DNA from: Blastocladiella emersonii ATCC 22665
Taxonomy: Eukaryota; Fungi; Blastocladiomycota
DNA length: 64,000 bases
Assembly (NCBI GenBank): GCA_025594325.1
Contig: JANHCV010000007.1
Coordinates: 62,001 to 126,000 of the forward strand
Reading direction: 5' to 3'
Shown here one piece after another: positions 12,004 to 24,516 of this stretch. The position numbers were made by a program, and so were the translations under genes. A model generated the notes under the pieces. It was given only the letters and a program-made list of their open reading frames with translations, ran no database searches and was not told the origin of the DNA. Positions within the stretch are counted from its first letter, which is position 1, and each line of letters begins with the position of its first letter.

Positions 12004-13230
12004 ATGGCCGCCCTCCCCACCCAGCACTTTGCCGAGATCCCCCTCGCTCCGCAGGACTCCATTTTCGCAATTACGGCCGGCTTTAAGGCGGATACGGACG
12101 CGAAGAAGATCAACGTTGGCGTCGGCGCCTACCGCGACGACGACGCCAAGCCGTGGGTGCTGCCCGTGGTGAAGAAGGCCGAGCACATTGTCGTCAACGA
12201 CGCGACGCTCGACCACGAGTACCTGCCGATCGAGGGCCTCAAGTCGTTCACGGACGCGGCCGCGCGCCTGATCCTGGGCGCCGACTCGCCCGCCATTGCC
12301 GAGGGCCGCGTCGCGAGCGTGCAGACCATCTCGGGCACGGGCGCCGTGCGCCTCGGCGCCGACTTCCTTGCCCGCTTCCGCAAGGGCGCCAAGGTGCTCA
12401 TCTCCAACCCGACGTGGGCCAACCACCGCGCCATCTTCGCCGACGCCGGCTTTGCCGAGGTGGCTGACTACGCCTACTACCACACGGAGACGCGCGGCCT
12501 CGACCTCGAGGGCATGCTGCGCGACCTGCGCGCCGCCCCCGAGGGCTCCATTGTCGTGCTGCACGCCTGTGCCCACAACCCGACGGGCGTCGACCCGACC
12601 CCGGCCCAGTGGGCCACCATCGCCGACGTCATGGCCGCCAAGCGCCACGTCGCCTTCTTCGACTGCGCCTACCAGGGCTTTGCCTCGGGCGACGTGGACC
12701 GCGACGCCCAGGCCGTGCGCTTCTTCGCCACCAAGATGGAGCTGCTCGTCGCCCAGTCGTTTGCCAAGAATTTCGGCCTGTACAACGAGCGGTGCGGCAA
12801 CCTGTCGGTCGTCGCCGCGTCGCCCGCCGTCGCCGGCGCCGTGCGCTCGCAGATGGCCAAGCTGCAGCGCGCCGCCATCTCCAACCCGCCCGCGTTCGGC
12901 GCCCGCATCGTGTCGACGGTGCTCAACAACCCGGACCTGTACGCCGAGTGGCTCGGCAACCTGCGCACCATGTCGGGCCGCATCCAGGCCATGCGCACCC
13001 AGCTGTTCGACGCGCTGCAGAAGCTCGGCACCCCCGGGTCGTGGCAGCACATCCTCGACCAGATCGGCATGTTCTCCTTCACGGGCCTGACCGTCGCCCA
13101 GTCGCAGGCCATGCGCACCAAGTTCCACATCTACATGACCGACAACGGCCGCATCTCCATGGCCGGCCTCACCACCAAGAACGTCCAGTACTTTGCCGAG
13201 TCCATGGACTGGGTCGTGCGCAACGTCTAA
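12004..13230 (+). CDS. Aspartate aminotransferase, cytosolic type, intronless (~408 aa)
   Basis: GVGAYRDD..KPWVLPVV, QTISGTGA, PTWANH, LHACAHNPTGVDP, FFDCAYQGFASG, PLP-lysine motif QSFAKNFGLYNER, QIGMFSFTGL, GRISMAGL. Confidence 0.96.
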   Translation: MAALPTQHFAEIPLAPQDSIFAITAGFKADTDAKKINVGVGAYRDDDAKPWVLPVVKKAEHIVVNDATLDHEYLPIEGLKSFTDAAARLILGADSPAIAEGRVASVQTISGTGAVRLGADFLARFRKGAKVLISNPTWANHRAIFADAGFAEVADYAYYHTETRGLDLEGMLRDLRAAPEGSIVVLHACAHNPTGVDPTPAQWATIADVMAAKRHVAFFDCAYQGFASGDVDRDAQAVRFFATKMELLVAQSFAKNFGLYNERCGNLSVVAASPAVAGAVRSQMAKLQRAAISNPPAFGARIVSTVLNNPDLYAEWLGNLRTMSGRIQAMRTQLFDALQKLGTPGSWQHILDQIGMFSFTGLTVAQSQAMRTKFHIYMTDNGRISMAGLTTKNVQYFAESMDWVVRNV

Positions 13231-13413
13231 GCGAGTGATGTTTGGGTCCTGTGTTGTTTCTGGTCGATACATACCACCGTTTGCTTGTTCCAACGCGTCG
13301 CCCGCGGTTCACGCTGAATGACCAACGCGTCCTCGGCTTGCCGGCCTGGCCCCTCCCTCCGTCCACACTTCCTGCCGATGAATTGCGGTTAACCGAGTCG
13401 CCGCAATCAAGCC

Positions 13414-14121
13414 ATGGGCAACTGCTGTTCGCTCCCCTGCTGCAGCGCGCGTGGCGGCGGCAACGAGGCTGCGAGCCGCCGCCGCGCCCCCGAGCCGGCT
13501 GACCAGCACCACCTCACGCAGGCGTCGTCGGGCGCGGGCGCCGAGTCGCTCGACCGCGGCACCGCCCCAGTCGCCCAACAGCAACAGCAGCAGAGCAGGC
13601 GCACCTCGTCGCCGCGCCGCGGCAGTCGCCATCGGTCGCACGCCGCCGCCAGCAACAATGGCGCCAACCCGGAGATCCGCATCTCGCACCTGCGCTGGTC
13701 GCCGCCTGCACCAAACTTTGAGCCTCGCCAGGTACGCTCTCCGTGCTCTCCAGCGCCAACTCGTGGGCTGACGACGGGCTGTTCTAGCTCCCGGCGCTCC
13801 GCGACGCCTTCTGGGAGACGGCGCCGACGTACGGCGGGCGGGCCGAGATCTGGCAAGCGCTCCGCCTCGCCGTCGAGTGCCGCGTCGCCGACCCAGCGAC
13901 ATCTGCCGCCGTCCTGGCCGCGGCCCAGGTCTCGATTCCGACGGGCGACATTGCGACGCAGGGCGCTTTTGACGTGCTCGGCTACCAGTACCTCGTCCCC
14001 GTCTACTGCATCCTCGAGCCCGACCTGCCACCCGCGACGATCCCCGCCGCCCTGTCCGGGTCGCAGTCGACCATGGACAGCGGCGACGCGGCCCCGGCGG
14101 CTGCCACAGGCGCGCCCGCCG

Positions 14122-14168
<47 letters not shown>

Positions 14169-14666
14169 TCGCTCGGCGGCGAGGGCGTGCAGACCCCGAC
14201 CGACTCGCACGGCGCAATGCTCGGATCGCCGTCGCACCCGTCGTCGTTCCGCACCGCGCACTACCACGAGTCGCCTGCCGCCGCGGGGCCGAGCACCGGC
14301 GGCATGGGCAAGAAGGCCATGTCGCTCGCGGCCGAGGACGGCGACGACCTGCTCCCGCCGCCGTCACCCGAACCCACCCGCTCCCCGCCGCCGCCGCCCG
14401 TCGTCGTCGAGGAGACGGGGACCCCGCTGCCGCTGCGCGTCCGCCTCAGCACGGGCCCGACGTTGCAGCTCACCGCGGCGCGGTCGACGTGGACCATTGC
14501 GCACCTGACGCGCGTCCTTGAGGCCGACCACGGTGTGACGGCCCGGATGGTCGTGTACCTAGGCCGCGTCCTGCCGCCGACCACGGTGCTGGGCGACATC
14601 AACTTCCTCAACAGTCCGCTGGTCCAGGTGCTCGTGGCGGGAGCAGCCGGAGGGGAGAAATCGTAA
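13414..14666 (+). CDS. UBTD1/2 (DC-UbP)-like ubiquitin-domain protein, 2 exons
   Basis: MGNCC N-terminus (myristoylation/palmitoylation-type). Phase-0 intron 13732-13787, then LRDAFWETAPTYGGRAEIWQAL..FDVLGYQYLVPVYCI and a C-terminal ubiquitin-like domain (LRVRLSTG..RMVVYLGRVL..LVQVLV). Confidence 0.88.
14124..14165 (+). repeat. (GACCAC)x7 coding microsatellite encoding (Asp-His)7
   Basis: Read directly; in frame within the UBTD-like CDS. Confidence 0.95.
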
Positions 14667-14696
14667 GCCAAACTACATAAAATATTCATTACCATG

Positions 14697-16719
14697 CTAG
14701 TCACGCGGAACAAAGCTACACGATTCGCCCGCGTCCAGTCAGTGGCGGCCCTCGAGTACGAAACGGAGACGACAACAACGCACTTTGCTTGCACCTCGCG
14801 CGAGTGCGGGTAGTAGATGGTGAACCCCCACTCGCCCGTGGCCGAGAACGAGCCCGGGTTACACACGTCGACGCCCTCGTACCGCTCGTGGTACCGGTCC
14901 GCCGCGTCCGCCTGCACCACCAGGTGCGGCAGCGGGTACAGCCGCAGCGCCCCGTCGTACTCCCACATCACCGGGTGCACGTGGACCGGCAGCGGGCACA
15001 GGTGCGCCTGGTCGACGAGCGTGCGCGCCAGCTACATAAGGAATAAATAAGTAAGTTGACGGAGCTTCACCGAAAGGGGTGAAGCTAGGTACGTGGTACG
15101 GCAGATCCTTGGCGACCGTCGCCTCGGTCCCACCGAGCCCATCCTGCACCTCCTCCTCCTCCTCGTCGGCGTCCGGGTCAGCTTCCGGCGCGCCCTTGAA
15201 CGAGGGCGGGACCACGCAGTTGCGGTACAGCTTGGCGAGCGTGTCGGCGCGGTGCACGACAATCTCTTGGGTGCAGTACTTGATGCGGCACGGCGCCGAC
15301 GCAAACACGACGCGCTTGAGCGTCGTGTACACCTTCTGGGTGAAGAACTGCGGGATGGGCGCGCGCGGAATTACATGCGGGCCCCACGGGTCCTGCGGGC
15401 CGGGGACGAACACCCAGGTCGTGTGCTCGGCGAGGTTGCGGAATCCGGCGAGCAGCCCGGCAAACGTCGCCCATAGGTCGCGGTACTGCGCCGGCGGGAC
15501 GGGGACCGACGTGAAGTTCCCGCACATGACAATGACCAGCGGCAGCAGCGCGTCGTTGCACCCCGTCAGGAACCGGCGCAGCGCCGTCATGACCGAGGGC
15601 ACGTCCAGGAACACGTCGCTCAGGAACACCATGCACACGCCGTCGTACTTTTGCTCAATCTGCAGCAGCCGCACGTCGTCGTACACGTCTGCGGGGGCGC
15701 CGAGGAAATCGAGCTGGCCGAATGCCTCACTACAGTCGGATTCGTGAGGCACGGCGGTGGGACTCGGGCACACCGATTGATAACGTACACGGTCGCATCG
15801 CGCGTCTCGGCCGGTGGCATTGAGATGGCAAACGCCTGGAAGATCTTATCGGACGTATACCGGCCCTCGACGACAACGAAGCACGTCTCGGTGAAGAAAC
15901 CGCGCGACTTGGCCTGAAGATGCAGAGCGTCAGCGATACCGGTGTCCCAGTCAACCGAGGAGCGAGACGTACCGCGCCGGACAGATCGAGCTCAACGAAC
16001 CCGCTCGAGTCTTCGAGAAAGACCTTACCCTCCTCGAGCCGCGTCAGCATGCCAAACAGGACGTACTCGCGGCCCTCGTTACCGCGCAGCGATGCTATTG
16101 GCGTCAGCGTAAACAGCCGCTCGCTCTGGGCGCCGGAGAAGGACGAGGGCCGGAAGTGCGGGTTGCGCATGATGCGCTGCTTGAGCAGCTCGAAGCGGTC
16201 GCGATGCACGGCCACCTTGGACGGAGCGTCCGCCATGGCGCTCGGCAGCGCGCGCACGCGGTAGAAGGTTTTCTGCTCGGGCGAGTACCGCCACCGTGGC
16301 TGTTCGAACGCGTTGACGACGTGCACAAGCGTCGGCAGCGCGACATCGTCACCGAGCTCGTCCGCCGGCGGGGCGGCGGACCCATCGAGGTCCATGGGAT
16401 CCTGCGACCCCGACGTCTGCGTCTGGTAGGCGGCCGTGGACCCGCTGGCATTGTTCTCGAGGCGCGTGATGACGAGCGTCAGGTCGTTGCGGGTGACGAC
16501 GGCGGCGTCGGACCCCGTCGTCGCGGCCTTGCGCAGATCGTTGCGGTACGTCTGGGCAATCAGGTCGAGCGTCTGCGGGACCTCGGCGGCATCGATGCCG
16601 TAGTCGACAATGACCTTCTCGAGGTACTGAACGGCGTCGAGCTGGACCGTGAGGCCGTACTGCCGCGACAGCACGCGGTGGATGGCGCGCCGCAGCTCGG
16701 CCGACGTCGGGGCCGGCAT
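14697..16719 (-). CDS. DPB2: DNA polymerase epsilon subunit B, multi-exon
   Basis: VVNAFEQPRWRY, RDRFELLKQRIMRN, LFGMLTRLEEGKVFLEDSSG, VFLSDVFLD, VMCGNF, FVFVPGPQDPW-like, PCRIKYCTQEIVVHRAD, PLPHLVVQAD, CNPGSF. Confidence 0.93.
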
Positions 16720-16921
16720 CGTGGGTGGGGTCTAGTGCAGGGAGTGCTCCGCGTCCTGCGGGTGTTTCATGAGCTTTCGGGTCGGCTGCAGGAGACGCAG
16801 CCGGATGCGGCGCGAAACGTGCGACGACGACGCGATGGCCGCCGCGTCGCGCTCCCGCGCTCCCCACACGCCCTCGGAGCAATGTAGTACAATAAACCAG
16901 CTTATCAGACCCAGCTCGTGC

Positions 16922-18673
16922 ATGTCTACGGCCATCGACATCGACGCGCAAGACCCGCTGCTGCTCTCCGGCCCCGCCGGCCCGGCCGTCGACGCTGCGG
17001 CGACGGCGGCGCGGCCGGGGCCTACCGAGGTCCCCACCACGTCGACTGCGACATCTCATCTCGCTCGGGTGCTGCGCGCCGCATGTGAGCTCGCCGACGT
17101 GTGCTTCTCGATCGGCGCGCTCCTCGCCGTAACGGCGGCCTGCGACCACGGCCACCCGCACGCCCTCTTCCTCACCGTGCTCGCCCTGCACGCCGTCATC
17201 CTGCACATCGCCATCCCGTACCTCTCGTGGATCATCGGACCCGCTGCACGCGCGCCAGACCATGTTCTGGCCGGAACGCGCGAGTTCCTGAGCGAGGGGC
17301 TCAACATGTGCGTCGCGTACGCCGTGCTGTCGCTCGTTTCCAGCAGCAGCGCGCCGACTAGTGACGACTGCGCCAACCCGCCCGCTCTACGCGGCGCGAC
17401 CATCTCGTGGGTCGCGCTCCACGCCGTCTCCGCCCTCGCACCGCCCGTCCACGCGCTGTGGACCACGGCCGTCGCCCCGCGCCTCGGGTGGACCGCGCTT
17501 TGGTCCGCCGCGTCCGACCGCACGCGCCGTGGGCTCCGGCTCGCCGCGCGCCGCGCCTTCTTTGACCTCGCTCTCCCGCTCGCCTTCATGCTCGGCGTCG
17601 TCGTCTTCACGCGCATCGACCTGGCCGACTGGCTCGCCCAGTGCCGCCCACTCCCGACACTCCCGGGTGCCATGGTCGCGCTCGCCGCGCTCGTCCTGCT
17701 CGTTTTCCCGCTCGCCGCGTACGCGACCCTCGTCGCCGAGCGGCCCGAGATTGAGACGGAGATCCAGTCGTCCGTGTGGATCGCGGCGTTGCGCCGGGCG
17801 CAGTCCCCGCTGCAGTGGATCCTCGTCCTCGTCTACGAGCTCGCGCGGAGCTACGGCTACATCGGTACTACTCACACGCTTACGCGATAGCTCGCCCTAT
17901 TTCTAACGATACGTGACAGTGCTGCTCTGCCTCGACACATCGGTCACGTCCACGTCGCTTGTAAAGGAGACGCTGACGCACCTCGGCCGCGTGCTCGAGG
18001 TCCTCGCCGTGCAGGTCATCCTCGACCTCAACCTGCACTGGCACCTGCTCAGCTGGATCGTGGTGCCGCTCGCCCCCGCCGCGCTCCTGATCCCGCTCGA
18101 CTACGCCCTCTACTACTGGCACGGGTCCCGCCCCGCTGCCGCCGGGGTCGACCTCGACCACCTCCGCGGCCCGTGGTGGTCGCGCCTCGCCATGTACATG
18201 GTCCTCGACCCCGCTCCCGTCGACGTCGGTGACGACCTGAAGCGGCAGCAGGACACGTGTCGCCTCGCGCGCGTCGTCCCGACGGCGTACCCGGGCAGCC
18301 TCGACCCGCCGGGCTCGTCGCCGTCGACCATCATCGACATCGATGGCCTGCCGCCGTCGCCCATGACGCGGCACGTGTCGTCGGAGCTCGACCTGGTGCT
18401 CCCCGCCGAGGACGCTCGGTGTGTCATCTGCATGTGCGACTATGCCGCGAGCGAGCGCATCCACCGGCTGCCGTGCGCGCACCACGGACACGCCGACTGC
18501 CTCGTGCGCTGGCTCGCGGTCGCGCCGCTGTGCCCGCTCTGTTTACGAGTACGTCTTCTTAGGCGTGTGCGCGCGCGGTTCGTGGTGGCTGACGATGTAA
18601 CGAACGAGTGTAGAATGTGGAAACCATGCTCGCCGCGCGAGCAACCCCACTCCCAACCGACTCGTCCGCTTGA
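16922..18673 (+). CDS. Multi-pass transmembrane RING-H2 E3 ubiquitin ligase
   Basis: Several hydrophobic segments. Intron 17865-17919 (branch TTCTAAC). RING-H2 CVICMCDY..RLPCAHHGHADCLVRWLAVAPLCPLC. The terminal exon after a GTACGT..TGTAG intron ends at TGA 18671-18673. Confidence 0.8.
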
Positions 18674-18988
18674 CTTGCTCACCCTCTCCCCCTCCGTCGG
18701 TATCGCGTCTCGATACCCTTACCAACAGTTTTGATCTTTTCCTGCCCTGCGTGCGTGGCCGCGCGCGTCTGACGCAGCCGGAGCCCATCGCGCAACCTCA
18801 CTCCCAACCGACTCGTCCGCTTGACTTGCTCACCCTCTCCCCCTCCGTCCTCACCCTCTACTGACTCGTCCGCTTGTCTTCTTGCTCACTCCCTCCCATC
18901 CATCTCCCCCATCGGTATCGCGTCTTGATACCCTACTCCCTCAACAGTTTTGTCTCTCCCAGTGTGCGTGGCCGCGCGCGTCTGACGC
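18641..18988 (+). repeat. Imperfect ~150-200 bp tandem duplication spanning the RING gene stop codon and 3' region
   Basis: CACTCCCAACCGACTCGTCCGCTTGACTTGCTCACCCTCTCCCCCTCCGTC occurs at ~18648 and ~18799. TCGGTATCGCGTCT and GTGCGTGGCCGCGCGCGTCTGACGC also occur twice. Confidence 0.9.
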
Positions 18989-19043
18989 GGCCCAACCCCC
19001 TCGTGTGTGTAAATATTAATCGCTCCATCCCATCGAATGACAC

Positions 19044-22000
19044 TCAGCGACCGAGCTGCGCGACGAGCCGCGTGAACTGGTCCGATTTGGCCGCAAACAC
19101 CTTGAGCCGCGCGCGGACGTGCGCCGCGAGGTCGATCGGCCGCTTGGGACCTGCTGCCACACCGCGCTCGCTCCCCAAAGTCGGCGACGTGAACACGGGC
19201 AGTGATACTGACACGTCTGCGTCAGGCACCACCTCGGGCGCGTCGGCCGTGAGCCCGCCGGCCATGGACTCGCGCGCCGACCGGCTGCCGCGGCGTGGGA
19301 GCGTCAGACCCGCCGCGGGTCCCGAGTCTCCGCTGCTTCCCGAGACGGGCGAGATGCGGCTGGGGACCGAGTCGGCGAGCCCGCCCGCGATCGACCCGCA
19401 CGAGGGCTGGCTCGTGGCGAGGCTGCCGCTCGGCTTGCCCGCCTGCGGCGACACGACCGCGAGCGAGGTCGACGATGCGCGGCGTGTCGCGTTGGAGCCG
19501 CCCGCTGCGAGTACGGCGACGCGCTTGGGCGGAACCGGGGCGCCGTTCGGGGGCGTCGAGCCGACTTGAACGGATGTAGTAGTCGAGGCCGCGGCCGGGA
19601 GCGAGTTGTGCCGCGCGCCCCCGACCTCGTCCGACTGCGGCGCGGCAATGGCCGAGTCAGCAGCAGCCGTGTGCGGGCGCGTCGTGGCGCGCGACGAGTC
19701 GGCTGTCGACGCCGTCGTGGTCGCGGATCCCGCAGTGTGCCCGCGCGATCCGTGGTGGGCGGCACCCCGCGCGATCCCGCCGCCGTGAGCCCGCGTTGCC
19801 TGAGCCGACGTGGACCCGTGCGACAGCGCAGAGTGCGAGACATGCGAGGCCGACGCGCGGCCGCTATTCGTCCACGGCCGCTGCGGCCGCGGTCCGCTGG
19901 CGCCGGGCAGCAGGGCGGACCCGCGCGGCGTGGGCGGCGGGGCGGGGAAGAAGGCCGACACGGCGAACGTCTCGAACAGGACCTCGGCCATCTCGAGCGG
20001 GACCAGCGGATACTCGAGGTACACGGCGGCGTCGGCCGTGAGCCACGGGATGCACTCAGCGAGCGTGTGGACCACGGTGCCGAGGTCGCGCGGCGCCAGC
20101 TCGCCCGCGAGGTGCAGCAGGTGCAGCACCCGCGCCACGTCCCAGTCGGCGCGCAGCGCGTACAGGGCATCAACGAGCGGGCAAAAGTCGCCGAGGACCG
20201 ACCAGAACGCCGCGTGCGTGCGCCGCGGCCGGACGTGCCAGCCCTCGTTCGGCGCCCGATGACACGCTGCGCGGTACGCCTCGAGGATGTCGTCGGTACT
20301 GCCCGTCGTCATGGGTCGGACGCGCGACGTCGCGGACCCCGACCCCGAGCCCGATCCGGGTCGCGAGGATGGGCCTTGGGCGGATGCCGAACCTGGCAGT
20401 CCCGCTCCAGAGTGCTCTGCGCTGGCCAGGTCTGCCGTGACGAAGCGGTCGAACGCCACGGCCCGCACCGACCCCTCGAGGAGCACCGTCGTTGGATCGA
20501 GTCCGCGGGTCCATGCCGTACCGGCAGCAGCACACGGCGACTGCAGCGAGATGCGGCTGCCGAGCGCGCCGCCGCCGACGCCGGGCGTGTCGGGCGCGTA
20601 CAGGAACGTGGCGACCTCGATGAGACAGCACAGGTAGTCGAAGAAGTGCAGACTGCGGGTCGGGACTGCGGCCGGGCACGCGCGCACGCACTTGCCGGTC
20701 TCGTCGTGGTTGTCGTGGTTGTGATCTCGAGTGCGCGGGTAGTCGGGGCGGTCGAGCAGCGCATCGACCAGCGCGTCGACGGCCGCCAGCGACACGCGGT
20801 GCCGCCGGATGCCCGCATCGGCGAGCAGCGCCCACCACTGGCTGCGCGACAGCCCGCACGGCAGCGTGGCGCTGTTGAGCAGGTCGGGCGCGAGCGACGC
20901 GTACTGCGCGAACCGGCGCGTCAGCAGCGGGAGGTGCCGCCGCACCATGGACGAGAGCGCGTCGCGGTCCGCGTACGGCAGCTGGAAGTCGGGCACTACG
21001 GAGGTGGTAACGCGTCAGTGGGAGCGCGGGTTCAACGAGGTTTCAAGAACGTACCGCCGCCGCCGGCCGCGTCAGGGAATGGCTCGGCCATGCGGTCGTT
21101 GACCCACGGCCCGCGGTACACGCGGCCGTACCGGTCGCGGTACACGGCGGCGCCGTGCTTCTTGTTGGCGACAAACTCGCCCGCGTACTCGGACCCGTCG
21201 GCATAGTGCAGCACGCCGCGGCCGTGGCGCTGGTTGGCAACAAAGTCGCCCTCGTACCAGTTCCGGCAGCTGTACTGGGCGCGCATCGCACCGCCGCCGC
21301 TACTACTACTACTATCGTCCTCTTCGCCCAGGTCGTTGGTGCGGCTCCCGTGGCTGTGCCAGTGCCCGTGGCCGTGATGGCGCGGCGAGGGCGAGTGCGA
21401 GTGCGAGTGGTGGTGATGCGGCGAGCCGGCACTCGCCCGCGGGAACACCTGCAACTTGCCAGGGACGTCGTCCTCGACCTGGCTGCTGTCGGTGCTGCTG
21501 CTACTGCTCCCGCGTCGAGCGGCGGCGGGTCCACTGGTGCTGCCGCCGGACTTGCCACTAGGCAACAACAGCTGCTGTCGCTGATCGAGCTTCCACAGGT
21601 AGCGCCCGCGGCCGTGCATGCGGCCGTGCTCCCAGGCGCCCGAGTACTCTGCGGCGGCCCACACCATGGTGCCCTGGCCGTGCCGCTCGCCGCCGGCCCA
21701 CGCGCCCGTGTACTGCGCGCCCGACGGGTACCGCATCGTGCCGTGCCCGTGGCGCTGGCCGTGGACGAAATCGCCGTCGTAAAAGGAGAGCGGCGTGTCC
21801 GAGTAGACCATGCGGCCGGTACCGTGCGGGCGGCCGTCGAGCCACGTCCCCGTGTACCTGACACCGGTCGAGAGCGTGATCTCGCCTACTCGGAACGAGG
21901 TCAGTTGGTCGTGCGCGGGTGAGGGTCTGAGAGAATCGTGGGTACCCTTGCCGCTGCGGACATTGTTCTGGACCTCGCCGCGGTAGGTGCTGCCGTCGGC

Positions 22001-22588
22001 CCACTCGAAGCGGCCCTCGCCGTGGATGCGGTTGCGCAGGAACTGGCCGGCGAAGCGCGTGCCCGACGGGTGCCAGGTGTAGATGGCGTCGAGACCGTGC
22101 ATCTCGCCGTTGGCGAGCGGGCCCGTGTACGTGGCGCCGTTGGAGAAGCGGATGCTGACCTGGCCGTCGCCGAGCGGGCCGAGCGAGTGGACGTGGCTCT
22201 GGGCCAGGTGATGGCGCGCGGGTGAGGCGACGCGCGGCGCTGCCGCGGACTCGCGCGATCGGATCTCGGCGACCGAGTCGGTACTGGGTGCGGACGTCGC
22301 GGCGGGCGCGGCAGTCTGCGGCCGCGGCGCGTCGTGGCCGTGCAGCGGCGGAGCGTGGGACCCTGCCCCATCTGCGCCGCGCAAGAGGCTCAGGCCGGGC
22401 TCCGAGGCAAAGGCAATGCGCTCCTTGGTCGCGGTCAGCCGGTGCGGTCGTGGAGGGTCATGGCCGAGCACGGGATCGACGAGGTCGGCGTGTGGAGCAG
22501 TCGCTGCCGCGTCGGCGTGCTGAGCAGCAGCGAGCCGCGAAAAGTCGCCGAGCAGTGCGCCGAGTTCGAGGAGCGGCGATGCTAGCAT
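19044..22588 (-). CDS. MORN-repeat protein, radial spoke head 10B-like (3 exons)
   Basis: About 10 MORN repeats (Y.G....G..HG.G...). After an intron at ~21002-21040: VRRHLPLLTRRFAQYASL..LSRSQWWALLADAGI..SLAAVDAL..FFDYLCCLIEVATFLY, which resembles the RSPH10B post-MORN domain. Intron 21886-21945. Confidence 0.75.
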
Positions 22589-22743
22589 GGTGACTCCATT
22601 GGAATGTGTGTGTGTATAGGGAGAGGGTGAAAAACGACGCGAAGGGAGAAACGCGTCGACGCGTCTCGCGCGGAGACGGCCCACGTGAGGAGGTTGATCG
22701 GCGTTCCCTTTTCTTTCTCCCCATAATCAATGCAACGCTGCCC

Positions 22744-23713
22744 ATGAATACGATGCTGAGGACAAGGCTGGCTGCATTGGGACGGCCCGCCCTGCGCTCG
22801 GCCACCGCCCGGTGCCTGACCTCGCCGGCCGACCCTCCGGTCCTCGACCTTGGCGACGACGACAAGGCACTCCAGGCGCTCCTCGCTCAGGTCGATCAGC
22901 TCGAGGCCGAGGAGGCCGCCGCGCGCTCGCAGCCCAAGCCGCCCTCGCCGACGCTACCTCAAAGTCAAGAGGCTGGCGAGGCCGGTGTCACCGCACTGAG
23001 CGGCGACATCTTCGTGAGCCCGTGGCGCGGGTCCAACAGCACGTACCAGATCGGCCTCGAGTTTGAGCTGCGTACTGTCGACGCCATCAACGCCTCGCAG
23101 CCGGCCCGTGTGCAGCATGTCGGCAAGTCGGGCGACGGCGGTGTGTATCCGACTCGCACGCACAGCAGACCGACCGTTTCGAGGCGCTAACACCACCCAC
23201 AAACTAGGCATCGACTTTGTCGGGCACCTCATGCCGTGGGGCGCGCTCCGTGACCCCAAGGCGATCGACACGCCGACCTCGTGGTCCACGCCACGCGCGG
23301 CGCACCCGCGCGCGATCCCCGTCATTGGGCAGTGCAAGACGACGCAGCGGCCGCTCTCCCCGGGCTCGCTGCACGGGTTCGCCGCGGTCGTGGATGCGCA
23401 CGCGCGCGAGCACGGGCCGGCGCTCGGGATCATGGTGTCGGAGCGCGGGTTCACGGCGGGCACCATCAAGTGGGCGACGCGGGTCGCGGCGACGCCGCTG
23501 GTCCTCGTGACGCTGCCGCCCGTGCGCGAGCCGTGGCGAGAGATGGACGAGGACGACGCCGACGAGTTTGACCCGACGCGGCTGTCCATGTGCGTGGCCA
23601 ACCCGCTGTCGCGGCAGCTGTGGCCGTGGCTCGACGTGGACGAGTTTCGGGCGAGGAACGGCGAGCGGTGGTACCGGCTGCGGGTGGATGGGGGGTGCCA
23701 AGGAGAACAATAG
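22744..23713 (+). CDS. RRG7: Mrr-family restriction-endonuclease-like mitochondrial protein (RRG7-like), 2 exons
   Basis: Arg/Ala/Leu-rich N-terminal presequence (MLRTRLAALGRPALRSATARCL). Splicing of intron 23141-23207 restores the GDGGID motif; VIGQCK and GIMVSERGFT follow. Confidence 0.72.
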
Positions 23714-24460
23714 ATGGCGGTTCTCAGAGTCGCGTGAGAGCAAGGGTTGTTGGCGGACAGGACGAAGGCGGGTCGAGGAACGACTCCGGCTGCGAGATCG
23801 GGATCCCGGTAAGGTCGAGAGGAGTGAGAGCTCACGGGTTACGTGGCCGTATGAGCCGCTCCCGGCGAGATCAAGGGAAGCGAGACCTCGCGGGCCGGAC
23901 GAACAGCCAGGTCGGCGACGACGGCAGCGACCTTGACTCGGCGACCTCGGCCGACGGCGCAGAACGGCCGAGAGATACATTGCGGGCAGTATTGCGGGCA
24001 TGGGACCGGCGGGATAGTGGTGCACCGCGACTCCTGGAGGGGCTCGGCGCCTCATACGAGCGCTGCGGCGTGTCTCACCTCGGCTCACGCGATCGCGACG
24101 CGCAACGCGCTGCTCATCCCCATCGGCGACCGCAAGCACGTCGACGACGGTCCTCTGTACCACGGCGACCATGGCGACCACGAACGAACGAACGAGTGCT
24201 CGTGCAACGGGCCGAGACGGCGACCAGACGGGCGGGTCGGGGCATCCGCCGCCGCAGCGGTGGTCGCTCCCGCGCGCCCACGAGCCGACCATGGACCAAG
24301 CATGCGAACGTGGACGAGATGGATGTGTGAGCATGGATGGCGACGGGAGGAGTAGTGCGGGAGCCGGTGGCGGCTGATTGCAGGGTGAGAGTCGCGTGTG
24401 GCGTTCATCATCATCATCACCGCGTCGGTCGGCCGTACCGGCGGATCACCGGGCCGATCA

Positions 24461-24516
24461 CCGACCGCCGACCACCGACCGCCGACCACCGACCACCGAC
24501 CACCGACCACCGACTA
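24461..24516 (+). repeat. Heptamer tandem repeat (CCGACCR) x8, last unit CCGACTA
   Basis: Read directly; no spacers between units. Confidence 0.9.

Noticed and set aside
24461-24516. CCGACCA repeats as a CRISPR array
   Set aside because: They are 7-nt head-to-tail units with no spacers and no cas genes; a simple minisatellite.
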